From NCBI GenBank assembly GCA_964658305.1, contig OZ210885.1, positions 13,454,001 to 13,518,000 of the forward strand: DNA of 64,000 nt. Direction: 5' to 3'. The notes under the pieces are model-generated. The model was given only the letters and a program-made list of their open reading frames with translations, was not told the DNA's origin and did no database searches. Both the position numbers and the translations under genes were made by a program. Positions 37,431-49,804 of the stretch are shown here, in pieces (within the stretch, counting starts at the first letter, position 1; each line of letters opens with the position of its first letter). Source of the stretch: Leptogorgia sarmentosa (lineage: Eukaryota).

Positions 37431-37550
37431 GTTTCCGTAGTGTAGTGGTTATCACATGCGCTTAACACGTGCGCATGTTCTCGTAACACGTGCGCATGTG
37501 CACGTGCTTAACATGTGCGAAGGTCCTCAGTTCGAACCTGGGCGGAAACA
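37431..37550 (+). pseudogene. tRNA-Val(AAC) with ~47-nt templated insertion after the anticodon
   Basis: Insert built from TAACACGTGCGCATG-type repeats. Confidence 0.75.
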
Positions 37551-37717
37551 TATTTATGAGCTTTTTTTAAATGGGAAAATTTTTTTCATTGGAATTTTTC
37601 AGTAAAAACCAGAAACATTTTCTTCGTGATATCGAATTTGTGTAAATAGATCAGCTTTGAAAAGAAATGATCACATCTCCGAAACTTTGTCTCTGTTTTG
37701 TAATTTTCTTCCAATTC

Positions 37718-37790
37718 GTTTCCGTAGTGCAGTGGTTATCACGTGCGCTTAACACGCGCAAGGTCCTCAGTTCGAACCTGGGCGGAAACA
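37718..37790 (+). tRNA. tRNA-Val: tRNA-Val(AAC)
   Basis: Full length. Confidence 0.88.
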
Positions 37791-37934
37791 TACATATGAG
37801 CTTTTTTAAATGGAGATGTTTTTTTCTTTGGAATTTTTCAGTAAAAAACCAGAAAAATGTCCTTGATGATATCGATTTTTTTTTAAATAGATCAGCTTTT
37901 AAAAGAAATGTTTTCAATTTTTTTGTTAATTTGT

Positions 37935-38066
37935 TGTCAGGAGTGGGATTCGAACCCACGACCACATGTGTGGACCAGAACGTCCTATTATGTCAAGGTT
38001 GATCGTGACAAGTTTTTGCACTTGAGTCTGGCGCCTTAGACCGCTCGACCGCTCGGCCATCCTGAC
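37935..38066 (-). tRNA. tRNA-Leu: tRNA-Leu(CAA) with intron; 8-nt D-loop duplication
   Basis: As 26379 copy, plus GACCGCTC duplicated. Confidence 0.7.
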
Positions 38067-38397
38067 ACGCACGAAAACACGAAATTTCCTACCACATTTA
38101 ATTCTTTGATACCTTCAACATGCCACACCTCGTTCTAATTCTTTCCCTTGAGAATTTACCTGACCCAAATACGTGAAAGAGGTACACATTATTTTATTAC
38201 AATTTTTTCTATAATCTCAGTTAAAATCAAACGATTTTAATACCATTGGGAAATTTGAAAGGTCACCGGAAATTCTGTGTTTATGTTATTTTTGTATTAT
38301 TTTGTTAGCGTTTTCGACGGTGAAATTGAGGGTTTACTATACATTTCGTGTAGTGCACTGGTCACTGCATGCGTCTCACACTGGAAGGACCCCAGTT

Positions 38398-39170
38398 AAA
38401 ATTCACATATAATTTCACATGTGAAACGCCGATTTCACATGTGAAACACTGATTTCACATGTGAAAATACCAATTTCACATGTGAAATCGGCAAATCACA
38501 TGTGATTTTAGTAAATTTCACATGTGAAATCGGTATTTCACATGTGAAAAGTTCATATGTGAAATCAAATCACATGTGAAATCGGTATTTCACATGTGAA
38601 AAGTTCATATGTGAAATCAAATCACATGTGAAATTGGTATTTCACATGTGAAATTGGTATTTCACATGTGAAAAGTTCATATGTGAAATAAAATCACATG
38701 TGAAATACTGATTTCACATGTGAAAAGTTAAATGTGAAATGAAATCACATGTGAAATCGGTATTTCACATGTGAAAATTCAAATGTGAAATGAAATCACA
38801 TGTGAAAAATTAAATGTGAAATGAAATCACATGTGAAATTGGTATTTCACATGTGAAAATTTGAATGTGAAATGCAATCACATGTGAAAAGTTCATATGT
38901 GAAATGAAATCACATGTGAAATCGGTATTTCACATGTGAAAGGTTCATATGTGAAATGAAATCACATGTGAAATCAGTATTTCACATGTGAAAATTTAAA
39001 TGTGAAATGAAATCACATGTTAAATTGGTATTTGATATGTGAAAAGTCAAATGTGAAATAAATCACATGTGAAATATCAAATGAAATCGAATCACATGTG
39101 AAATTCGTAATTCACTTGTGACAATTCACACCTGAAAACTCAAATGTACGTGACATGTGAAAAGGTCATT
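38398..39170. repeat. Left subterminal array of TTTCACATGTGAAA palindromes
   Basis: About 25 exact CACATGTG cores plus degenerate copies. Confidence 0.95.
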
Positions 39171-39482
39171 CGTGAAATCAAATCAGCAGTAAAATTCGTA
39201 TTTTATATGAATAAATTCCATATTGTGGAAGCAAATCGCACGTGCAATTTGAATGTTTTATACTTTTGTATTGCTTTTGATCGAGAACGAGCATGTTACC
39301 GAGAAATATGATCGAGCCAGCAATTATGACACACGTAATTTTTAATATAATCTATACTATCCTAATCCTATATATATACATTCAGAAAACCACATTACAT
39401 CTGTTGAAAACGATCTGCAATATAAAAGATCTGTTCATGCAGATGAATTATATACATTTCATACTAGAGTGATGCAAACTCT

Positions 39483-42400
39483 TCAATCACGATCTATGAG
39501 GTTCGGCAACCTACAGCACATTTTCCCCGGAAGTCCATGTTCATTATCAATGATTGAATACTTATGATCAACCTCATATAGTTCTACAAGTCTCATGCAT
39601 GTCTCCTGCCCGGTAATAATCTTGATGTGCGTGCAACATGGGCCACATTGACTGTCATGACGTAGCCAATGACTGCCAATTAAGACATCTTTAGCAAAGG
39701 CAACGCTTAACTTCTGCCCAGTTGAAAACGTTATCACAACAAAGTTCAGAATTGACACAATTGAACCATCTACTAATCCTACTGTGTAATTATTTCTTCG
39801 TACGGCTCTTGGGTAATTCATGGAATGCAACACATTACCTCTAACCACTGCTTTATGGTAAATTGACACCTCGTTTTGAGCATCCTTTGCGAAGTGTTGA
39901 TCAACCAGGAATTTCTCTTCTAGCGTTAGGTTTCGGACATAGTAAGTTCCAAGTAAGGTGACATCACCATCCATTTTCAAAGATTTCTTGAGTGATGTAT
40001 AACCACAAAGAAGTTCATTCACAAACTCTAAAACTCTCTCATCGTTCGTTTCGCGGTTAATTGTGCTTGCGATCTTGAACATTCCTCTATACAGCGAGAA
40101 GTTGTTTGCGATCTGTGTTGGAACTGCCTGGGTTCCATGGAATAATTTAAGTAGGACCATGTTGAAACCTTCGAAGATATATGCTGAATAGCACGACAAA
40201 GGGCCCCAGTCGTTCACGGTTTTTGTCAAATGAAGTAATTGGTGAATGTTGTAGCTCATGTGCTGCTTCCCATACAGTCGTTCAAACTGGAACACATACT
40301 GGGTCAGACACGCGTCTGCCTTGTTGAGGTCGCGGTAGGAAATCGACGAAGTGGTGAGCAAATACACAGCTTCAACAAGCAAAAGAAGGTGAGCATAAAA
40401 AGGCTGAGGAAGAATCCCAGTCAAAACAACCGGAGCGTACAGAAGTAACCACCAGTGCCATTCAGATCCTTTCCAAAATGCTCGTTGACGCATTGATCGT
40501 GGCAACCTCGTAATCTCATTAGGTGGGTGAATCTTCTTAAGCCTGTCATCTATTTCCTGAAGTTTATTCCCAATGTACCACGAATGTTGATGGTTTGAGG
40601 AATCAAACCATAAATGGCCCAGCTGTCTTGCAACACCAAGGTCAACGCAGTGTAGGTTGTCAACAACGAAGCCTGCAACTAAATCAAAGCACGGTAACTG
40701 GCTAAGTTGCGTGGGCCCCTTCACACCAGCCACACAGTCATTAGACACAAAAGCACTTCGTGCATTCTGCACCATGCTCTCGTGTGTTCGTAACTTGTCT
40801 CCTTCTTCCGTATTCGGATAAACTCGGCAATGTCCGCGTCCTTTCTCCACAACTTCTCCAGGATTCTCACACCAACTGCAACCACAAACGCCATTAAATT
40901 GTTTGATGTTCTGAAGCATGCATCTTGCGACACTATCTGCAGAACAGATACACGCGTGCACCGTTGACGTCACTAGATTACCAGCTTTGATCCACTTCAT
41001 TCCTGTGGAAGCGAGGTTTTTCATCTCTTCTGTAAATGGGAAAAGAAATGAGGACATGATGGGTTTAATGCTTCCAAACCAAAGTCCCAGTAACAAAACA
41101 TTCTGTTTTCGTTCTTTGGTTGGAAGTTCATTGAGGATACCCTGTAATAGCCAAATGCTGAAACTTGAGGATTTGAAAACTGGAACTCCGTCACAGTTAA
41201 AAGAAATACTAAATGCATTTGGATCATTGGCTAGTTTTCCACCAGCAATCTGTTTATACATTTCACCATCGTAAATATCCTCGATATTCCTATCGACTTT
41301 CTTTACTCTGGTAAAGCGGTGATCAATGGACTTCTCGATGCCAGGTCTTTGCAAAAGTTCAGCCAGTTGCCTCTCCAGTGGAATGTGAATGAAGAAAGAG
41401 CCCTTTTTAATCAAGTCTTTCTTCGAATAACTAGATTCGCAAACATCACAAGAGGGATCCTCTCCAGTTCCAAGCCACTTGTAACAGTCTGGACAGTAGA
41501 GATTGAGTTGGGTTCCCTGACGAAATTCGTTGAAGTACTTATCAAATAGGTACTTCGTGCTTGGCAGTAGATTTCCAACAGGCAAGATCAGTGTTAGCAG
41601 CGTTAATAAATTACTAATTGCTGAAGATGTGAGCCCGTTTCTCAGGATAAAGGACATCAAAAGTAATAGGCACTGTCCCAGAGTAACTTTGCACTGGTTA
41701 TAGAGAGGCTGATCCAAATCATTTGCTGTGTCCTTGTTCTGTGTATTCTAAAAAGGAATTAAATTTTAGAGATATGATAAATTGTACAACACACAAGTCA
41801 ACTACTAGCATCTACCAACTACTACATGCATACTACGGTACATGTATTAAATTAAATGATCTATTAAGGTGTTCTTTCTCAAGAGTAAATTAATGACACA
41901 GATTCACGTTCCTGCAGTAGAATATATGAGAATATCGATACAAATATCATAATCACGATATGAAATGAACCGATGCCTCAAGGCTTCATTCAGCAGATAT
42001 GTGAATTTAATAATGTATTATTCCAAGTTACATTAAATTTCTTATTGTGTGGTTGACACACCTATCATGTTGAAGCCTGATAGTAATAAGCTCATGAATG
42101 ATATGTTTACTATAAATAGATATTTTGAGTACACATGACGTATTAAAACTACATGGACAGGGGCCAGACAAACTAGAATTTTATTGGTAGGTGGGGCAGT
42201 ATTGATATGTTGACATCAATTGTTCTTGTAAATTATATATACAGAGTTGACATTCTGGGGAAGGCCTTTCATCTGGCATTTACTTGTTATTATTCTGGTA
42301 GTGATCAAAACCTGTCGACAGGTCTGAAACAAGCAGTGCAAATGGTAACCAGTCAACTCGGCCCACATACCAACTAGGGCATTACTCGGCCCAACCAACT

Positions 42401-43220
42401 CGGCCCACGTATAAGTCAACTCGGCCCAGCTTCTTTCAAACTTTTTTCCTCAACATTTTGTTGTTAGGGTCAGAATTAGTGTTTGGGCTTGGATTAGAGA
42501 AACAAAAAGAAAAGAGAAGACAATATTTTCTGTTTAGAGTCAGAATTGCCATATAATGTATTGGGCTGAGTTGACTTATATGTGGGCCGAGTTGGTTGGG
42601 CCAATTAGTTGGTATGTGGGCCGAGTTGACTTACATTCGTGCAAACACAACTTGATAGCAGTATGCTGGACCAACCTTGTAGCAACTCTTCTACAAGTTT
42701 GTCACAGCTTGTTCACAGAGCTTTGTTATGATTGGAAGGACAAAATTGTTGAGATACAACATACCTCTCTTTGTTCGTGATTTTCTGAAACAGGATCATC
42801 CAATTCTTCCCGATGAATACTTGAATCCTCGCTATTCGTTTCTTTGTCGTCTTCTTGCTCGATGAGGTCGAAATCTATGCCATAACCAGCGACATCTGGT
42901 ACTCCCAATATATCCACTTCTGCCCGTAAATGGTTACGAGTTCCCTGGTTTTCTTCATCGTTTTCTTCATCGTTTTCTTCACCGTTTTCTTCATCGCCGT
43001 ACCGTCTTGTATTATCTTCATCAGTCATGTCACTGCCCAAGTATTGTGAATCAGAGTTATCATCAAATGTTTCTGTCTCCGGTACTGAAGCAGAAGAATC
43101 ATTGCTACAGGTACTGTCGTTAGCATCATTTTGTCGTCGCCATTTTGTTGTTCGTGGTAGAATAGCATCGTCATGTTCGTCGTTCATCCACCGTTTATAC
43201 GGCCCTCTTGATTTCCTCAT
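39483..43220 (-). CDS. CACTA/EnSpm-like DDE transposase, 2 exons (43220-42765, 41747-39483), ~906 aa
   Basis: MRKSRGPYKRW..PRTTKWR N-terminus, acidic linker, phase-0 GT-AG intron; motifs FNCDGVPVFKSS, CSADSVAR..QFNG..GCSWC, DNLHCVDLGV, HQLLHL..WGPL..FEGFN; no stops. Confidence 0.9.
42343..42640. mobile_element. Small IR element in the transposase intron
   Basis: AACTCGGCCC repeats inverted at both ends; core is the reverse complement of ~405-525. Confidence 0.65.
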
Positions 43221-43604
43221 TCTTTTTTGGCAAAGTGCACGAAGCACTTGTAACACTTTGTAACAAAATAATTTATAAAACTACGATAACACAACACAGA
43301 GTATAGCTAGCTACACGTTCAGCTCAGCGAGAGTTATTTTTATTCGCAGCATTACTTCGGTACCACTTCGGAAAACTTCGGTAAATCTCGACGTCACTTC
43401 GTTCACTGCGAAAAGCCCTGCGAAAAAATTCGTCATCCCCTAGATCAGAAAATTGGTGGTCCCCCCTGGAAAAGCTGTCACTTCAGCATAACACGTGCAG
43501 ATTAAAGCAAGACATACTGATAGTAAATTAGTAAAAGAACTCGAAAATATACTGCAATAATTTGAAAATATACGAGTAAAACGTATATCACTAGCTCTCA
43601 AACT

Positions 43605-46568
43605 ATGAAGTACGTTGTTGTAAACTGGGTAGAGACAAACGAAACGAGCGTTTTGGAAGAAACTTGCGTGCGCGACGTTACAATGATGACAAACCTTGGA
43701 AAGAAGGGGATGATATATTATAAAGAAATTGGGAGCTCGAAAAAATCAGGCAAAGGTGGATTAAAAGCTTACCTTGGTCGCGTTATATCAGTTCATGGTG
43801 AGTTATAAACTAAAACACGTTCCTTAATGAGTAATGACGTAGTTCAAATCGGTGTGTTTATAATAATCTGCGTCCCCGTTGTAATCTCTATAATTTTGTT
43901 TAGGCTCAGTAAAGGAAGCTCGCAAAAGTGAGAATGAATACATCCTCGAAGATAAAGAGAATGCAGAATTGACAGAGCAGTCACCAAAGAAGAGAAGGCG
44001 AAATAGTCAGGGGCGTAGCGAGGGGGGGGTGTGGGGGGTGTGACACCCCCCCAATTTTTTTGAAAATGGTCGGTAAATGAATTACGGTCGGTTTTGAACC
44101 TAAAGGGTCGGTAAATTTTCAATTTATGTCATTAAATCACAGAGAGAGTAGAAAAGTACAATATGTAAAAGTATATGTCTGTTGTCTATGTCCGTGTGCG
44201 ATTAGTTCGCAAGCTGTGGTTGTACAACATCTAAGACCTCTAGACTCTATTCTGAGTGTTAAGGCTTTGGTTAACACTCTGAAATGGCCGTTTCCGGCGA
44301 TCTAGAGGCTCTAAATTCACAAAATTTTCTCGCTCGACGCCAACCATGGTGGCGTCTCGTGAGACTCGCCCTCCCCACCAAATAATCTGGCCCTGTCTTG
44401 CCCAAACCTATTTAGGTCGGTAAAATATTTTGCTTTACACCCCCCCTATCGGAATGGCTTCGCTACGCCACTGGAAATAGTTCTGATGATGAATCGAACT
44501 ATTCAGACGCAGAAGGTTCCGATTTCGAGAACATGAAATGTGGTCAAGTATGTTAGCCAATGTTTCTTCTCAGTATACTTATTACTTTATAATATCCCCA
44601 ACAAACCTAGTGGACTTGTTACGCTTAATCACATAAGTTAGCTGTTGTTGGGCATGAATATCGTGAAAATGTAGTTATCTTGGTAATATTAAAACCTGGT
44701 TTATAAAATAATGGGGAAAATCTAAAATAATGTTCATATTAGATTTCTAAATGTGGCCATTATACGTAGGTTGCTGCTAACATAATTGAATCTTAAAGCA
44801 AAGGCCCATCTGGAATTAGTGTGGTTGTTGAGAAAGCACATTAGTTATACAAGTAAATATTTTGAAAAGGGCCTTTGCTTGGAATGACAAGTTTGTTTGT
44901 ATTGTTTAAGTAGTGACTAGAACTTTTGCTGCTAATTCTTAATTTGCTAAATTAATTCATGTTTTTTGCCTCATGCAGTCACATGTTCCTCAGAAATTGT
45001 TAATATTTTATACAGACATTGTCAATCCAGCAACGAAGAAAAAGGGCTGAAATGTTGTCAGCTGAGAAGTTAATTAATACCGTAGATGATGAAGCAGAGG
45101 ACCTAATGAAGTGTTCAAAAGAGCAGTTGATAACAAAGATCAAGCAGCTTCAGAAAGAGTTAGATGAGCAAAAAGCAAAAAGAAATCTTCGTGATGGTAA
45201 GTAATTAACAGTCATGTTTTTTGATCATGCAATGTGCAAAGCATATCATACTGGATTTTCACTGAATTTTATGTAAGTTGTAATTTTAGTATAATTGTGA
45301 ACCTGCTATATACTAGTATGTTTCATACTCAAGTGAAAAAAATAACAGGATTCACAAAATAGATTGTATTAATTTTGTTGTTGACCTGGCTGATGACAAC
45401 TTAATTGTCTGGCATCGAATGAATAAATAAACGCTATGCACACTCTTCTGCATTCCTGTTGTATTTTCATTGAATTTGATTTCGATTGCAATGTTTCTAA
45501 TATTGTTATATTTCACAATCATTATGCTACTAATTATGTTAATGTTCATCCATCCATTTTAGATCTTCCTAAACTACTTATTGAGGCAATGTCGAGTTGT
45601 GAAGTTCTGGAAAAATTAAAAGAGATGTCAGGAGCAATGGAAAAGGTGCCAAAACGAGCCTTAGAAAACATGTTTTGTAAGGGTAACAGCCTAAAGAAAG
45701 TGTCCACTGGTCCAATAAGTACTCCCCATATGAAAGAACCTCTTCGGCAGGTTAATTCAAGTATGAAAGTGATGCCGAAAACTCCTGTGCAATCATATGA
45801 AAATGCAGATGACCTCCCTGTAACACCACTCAGAACAACCAGCCCATCAACAAGTTACTGTGAAGCAATGCACGTGACACCAGCAAGTTCTCCTGGAAAT
45901 GACATTGTCCTAGCTCAGCTGCATGTAAGTTTTCTCTTCCTTTCTTCAATAGTCAAAAGCTTGCTTTCAGTTTATATTTACCAGGAATGTTTCAAAACTT
46001 ATAGTATATTAGCTAGTATTAACTAAAGTGGCATATACAGACCTCTGCAGCAGGTATATATATACAAAACACTCTGCATAGTGTCACATGGATGCCACTC
46101 AATGTATCCAGTACTATAGAATTTATTTGTTACAGATGACATCTCTCACAGACATGTTTCTTTTGTTAGCAATTGTTGACTCCAAATGCCTTAGCAGAGG
46201 TTGAAAAATCAAAGACCTTTTCAAAAATGACAAAGACTCTTCTGTCAGCTGTCTTTGGTCGAGAGATTTTAAAGAAATCAACACTGACCAAATCCAAGGA
46301 TGAAGGGGAGACCTTGGACAGCCAAAAGGTTGAATTAATCATTGGTAAGTTGCTAAACATCCTAAATGTGCATAGTGTGAGTTGTAATCACAGCCAATGC
46401 ATGCACTGTATTTCATCACTGAATAATCCGATGTTATATATTCTATTTGCAGCATATGTCTTGCAATACTTCCCATTATCAACTAGGACTGCCATTAGGT
46501 TGGCAATGTCACAAAAGATCAAAGATGAGAAAAAGGCCTGTGAAAGAATTTTGAAATTTCAGAGTTGA
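43605..46568 (+). CDS. Transposon accessory protein with C-terminal BEN-like domain, 6 exons, ~398 aa; exon 2 interrupted by a MITE
   Basis: Exons 43605-43797, 43904-44007+44482-44547, 45016-45196, 45563-45924, 46170-46344, 46453-46568; all GT-AG and phase-consistent; C-terminus FSKMTKTLLSAVFGREILKKSTLT..LDSQKVELIIAYVLQYFP..IRLAMSQKIKDE. Confidence 0.8.
44008..44473. mobile_element. hAT-like MITE nested in BEN gene exon 2
   Basis: TIR CAG(G/T)GGCGTAGCGA, 8-bp TSD GAAATAGT. Confidence 0.9.
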
Positions 46569-46817
46569 TGACATGCTGGAACTTGTATATAAATTTTTAA
46601 TGTCTTAAAATATATAATTTATTGCTATTTAATTAGGGTAGTTTATTTAGAATTTACTTTGTAAATAATATGCATGCTTAGTGTGCAAATATACCTTGTT
46701 TTGCCCCACATTTAAATATGGTTGCTTATGACTTTTTTTCATTCTGATGCTAGGTTTCACATGGTGTGAAGAGGTTTCAATACCTAAATGGGATTCCTAT
46801 GCAAAATTGATATATGG

Positions 46818-47145
46818 ATTTTCACATGTGAAATATTTTTCACATGTGAAGTGTTCCGATTTCACACATTGATTTCACATGTGAAAGATATTTCACATGT
46901 GAAAATTTCACATGTGAAATACTTTTCACATGTGAAGTGTTCCAATTTCACACATTGATTTCACATGTGAAAGATATTTCACATGTGAAAATTTCACATG
47001 TGAAATACTTTTCACATGTGAAAATTTCACATGTGAAATACTTTTCACATGTGAAAATTTCACATGTGAAGTGTTCCAATTTCACACATCGATTTCACAT
47101 GTGAAATTTTCACATGTGAAATTATATGTGAATTTTCCGTAAGGG
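46818..47145. repeat. Right subterminal array of TTTCACATGTGAAA palindromes
   Basis: About 15 CACATGTG cores. Confidence 0.95.
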
Positions 47146-47254
47146 TTTAAATCAGGCTTGGACCTGCATGGCCTTTAACTTGCTTCATATTTTTTTGTTG
47201 CATCCATTCACATCTCCGAAACTTTGTCTCTGTTTTGTAATCTTCATCTAATTC

Positions 47255-47327
47255 ATTTCTGTAGTGTAGTGGTTATCACGTGCGCCTTACACGCGCAAGG
47301 TCCTCAGTTCGAACCTGGGCGGAAACA
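47255..47327 (+). tRNA. tRNA-Val: tRNA-Val(TAC)
   Basis: Full length, first base A instead of G. Confidence 0.8.
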
Positions 47328-47468
47328 CACAAATGAGCTTTTTTAACTGCAGATATTTTTTTCATTGGAATTTTTCAGTAAAAACCAGAAACATTTCCTG
47401 GTGATATCGAATTTGTGTAAATAGATCAGCTCTGAAAAGAAATGTTCTCAATTTTTTTGTTAATTTGT

Positions 47469-47593
47469 TGTCAGGAGTGGGGATTCGAACCCACGACCAC
47501 ATGTGTGGACCAGAACGCCCTATTATGTCAAGGTTGATCGTGACAAGTTTTTGCACTTGAGTCTGGCGCCTTAGACCGCTCGACCATCCTGAC
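47469..47593 (-). tRNA. tRNA-Leu: tRNA-Leu(CAA) with intron, variant
   Basis: As 26379 copy, one extra base in T stem. Confidence 0.75.
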
Positions 47594-47858
47594 ACGCATG
47601 AAAACATGGAATTTCCTACCACATTTATTCTTTGCTACCTTCAACGTGCCACATCCCGTAATGATTTTCTCTCGAGAGCTGACGAGAGTCGAATACGAAT
47701 ATTCCTTTAGTAATTAAATTATCAAGTTCACCTTCACATTAATTTTGTTCTTGGATCAATTTGTTTCAATTAATTCTGAATTGCCAAATGAATGGTGGAA
47801 GAGAAAGGTAATACAATTCGCTGCATTATAAAAAATCAAATGTAATGTCTAAATTAAT

Positions 47859-47930
47859 AGGCTCTGCCGAGACTTGAACTCGGATCGCCTGATTCAAAGT
47901 CCAAAGTGCTAACCATTACACCACAGAACC
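47859..47930 (-). tRNA. tRNA-Gln: tRNA-Gln(TTG), variant
   Basis: Full length with mismatches. Confidence 0.75.
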
Positions 47931-48031
47931 TTAACACGATCATGACAATGTTTCCCAATTGTTTCACGTTGCTTCCTTTTCCTTTTGCCAAATAGCTACA
48001 TTCTAGAAAAAATATTGAAAATTTGCCTTTC

Positions 48032-48113
48032 CGTAGTCGGCAGGATTTGAACCTGCGCGGGAATTTCCCAACAGATTTCAAGTCTGTCGCCTTAACCACT
48101 CGGCCACGACTAC
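48032..48113 (-). tRNA. tRNA-Ser: tRNA-Ser(TGA)
   Basis: Full cloverleaf. Confidence 0.9.
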
Positions 48114-48344
48114 ATTGGCATTAGTATTGGCTTGCACTTCGAACTGAATATATTAAATCTTCAATCTGGCAGTAAAATCCAACAAAATATTTTAGTAAAA
48201 TATTTTATATTTTATTTCAGCAGGACTAATCGTTTTCAAGTATTAGTGGATATATTTAACACGAATCTTAGTATATGGGTCGTATATTTCCCTTCAGGCC
48301 CCTTTATTGAATTTGAAAGTTTTCCAGTTTATAGCTAAGATAAA

Positions 48345-48416
48345 AAGGAGCGGGCGGGTTTGAACCACCGACCTCTCGATCTGCAGTCGAATGCTCTACC
48401 ACTGAGCTACACTCCC
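48345..48416 (-). tRNA. tRNA-Cys: tRNA-Cys(GCA)
   Basis: Full length followed by T-tract. Confidence 0.88.
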
Positions 48417-48720
48417 TGTGTAGTCGACTAGGTTAATTACGTACATATACTTTCAAACGCAGCTATAATCAATTCACGGACCTTTGTTTTTCAAATTTAC
48501 ATTCAAATACAATTTTTTTTCTGTCATGTTTCATATTAACCTTAATTCAAAAAAAAACGCGACTTCTTTCCATTGATTTTGTGGATGGAAAACGTGGACC
48601 TTGAATCTGTGCCTTATACAATCAGCCCCAACCACCGAGAACAGAACTTCCTCTCCTAGAGTTTTTTCCCAAAAAAATTGTGTTTACATTCGAGGCCAAA
48701 ATGTTGAAGACTTTGCATGA

Positions 48721-48802
48721 CGTAGTCGGCAGGACTTGAACCTGCGCGGGAAACTCCCAACAGATTTCGAGACTGTCGCCTTAACCGCTCGGCCACGACT
48801 AC
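48721..48802 (-). tRNA. tRNA-Ser: tRNA-Ser(CGA), variant
   Basis: Full length; loop CTCGAAA, one stem mismatch. Confidence 0.7.
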
Positions 48803-48883
48803 CTTACTACAACCAACAGGTTTCGCGTTGTTAAACTAAACATTCACATCTCCAACTGATCTACACTCTGAGGTGACCGCGTA

Positions 48884-49146
48884 GGACCTACAATCACTTT
48901 TAGATGTGTTGGGACAGATTCCCCAAATACGCATCATTTTCTGAATCGTCAATCCCCCTTGCCCCCAATGCAATGTTGTGTTATAGTTGCCACTTGGTTC
49001 TTACGTACAATCATGTATGTATTGGAAAAACAACATTGAATGGGGTGGGGGAGGGGTGTTATTATGGCTTTTAATTATTCGCACAATGCCACTGATGTCC
49101 TAAGACCACTTGTGTCCCAACTACTTATGAATATGATTGTAGGCCC
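48884..49146. mobile_element. MITE
   Basis: TIR GG(A/G)CCTACAATCA and inner TTGGGACA/TGTCCCAA. Confidence 0.65.
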
Positions 49147-49189
49147 AAGGTTGCTTGGGAATAACATGGATGAAAGAATGAAAATAATC

Positions 49190-49260
49190 TTCGTTAGCGG
49201 GAAATCGAACCCCGGTCTCCCTCGTGGCAGGCGATTATTCTACCACTGAACCACCAACGC
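49190..49260 (-). pseudogene. Degenerate tRNA-Gly(GCC)
   Basis: Homology, several mismatches. Confidence 0.7.
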
Positions 49261-49562
49261 AAAACGCAAGTTGCCCAACTTTTTCGTTATAATTTTCATA
49301 TTCCACAATTCAGGATGCCGATCATTTTCATCAAACACTTTGAAATGATAGATAAGAGTATGTTTTAGGAAATTGTTACACTTTAAACATGATAGCCAAA
49401 ATCAATTTTTTTAGGGAAAAGCAAGCTATATCATGTCAACAAAGACTTATTTTAAATACAGAAAACACCAAAAGAACGGGTAAGAGGGATAGAGCCAGTA
49501 TAATAGCCATAGTTCTGCTAATTTCTCGAATTGCATTTTTTTCCCTTCTCTCGCAAGTATTA

Positions 49563-49634
49563 TTCCCATGCCGGGAATCGAACCCAGGCCTTGGCGGTGA
49601 GAGCGTCAGATCCTGACCACTGGACTAAATGGGA
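49563..49634 (-). tRNA. tRNA-Glu: tRNA-Glu(CTC), variant
   Basis: Full length. Confidence 0.7.
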
Positions 49635-49731
49635 CAAACATGTATTTTTTTCTCTGAATGTGAAAATAACGATAATATTTTTAATTTGAATTTGGTAGAA
49701 AATTTCGAGAGACAGCGTGGCCAGAAGTGCT

Positions 49732-49804
49732 TGACCTTGAAGTGAATTGAACACTTAACCTTCTGATCTGGAGTCAGACGCGCTACCAATTGCGCCACAA
49801 GGTC
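49732..49804 (-). tRNA. tRNA-Trp: tRNA-Trp(CCA)
   Basis: Full cloverleaf. Confidence 0.92.

Larger units (their letters stand above)
38398..47145. mobile_element. CACTA/EnSpm (CMC)-type DNA transposon with transposase and divergent BEN-domain gene
   Basis: Right end ...ATATGTGAATTTTCCGTAAGGG mirrors left end AAAATTCACATATAATTTCACATGTG; host CCCAG-TT-TAAATC is split with TT duplicated; subterminal palindrome arrays. Confidence 0.9.

Noticed and set aside
38398..39170. CRISPR-like array of palindromic repeats
   Set aside because: Intervening sequences are short and themselves repetitive, no cas genes, eukaryotic context; the array is mirrored at the other transposon end
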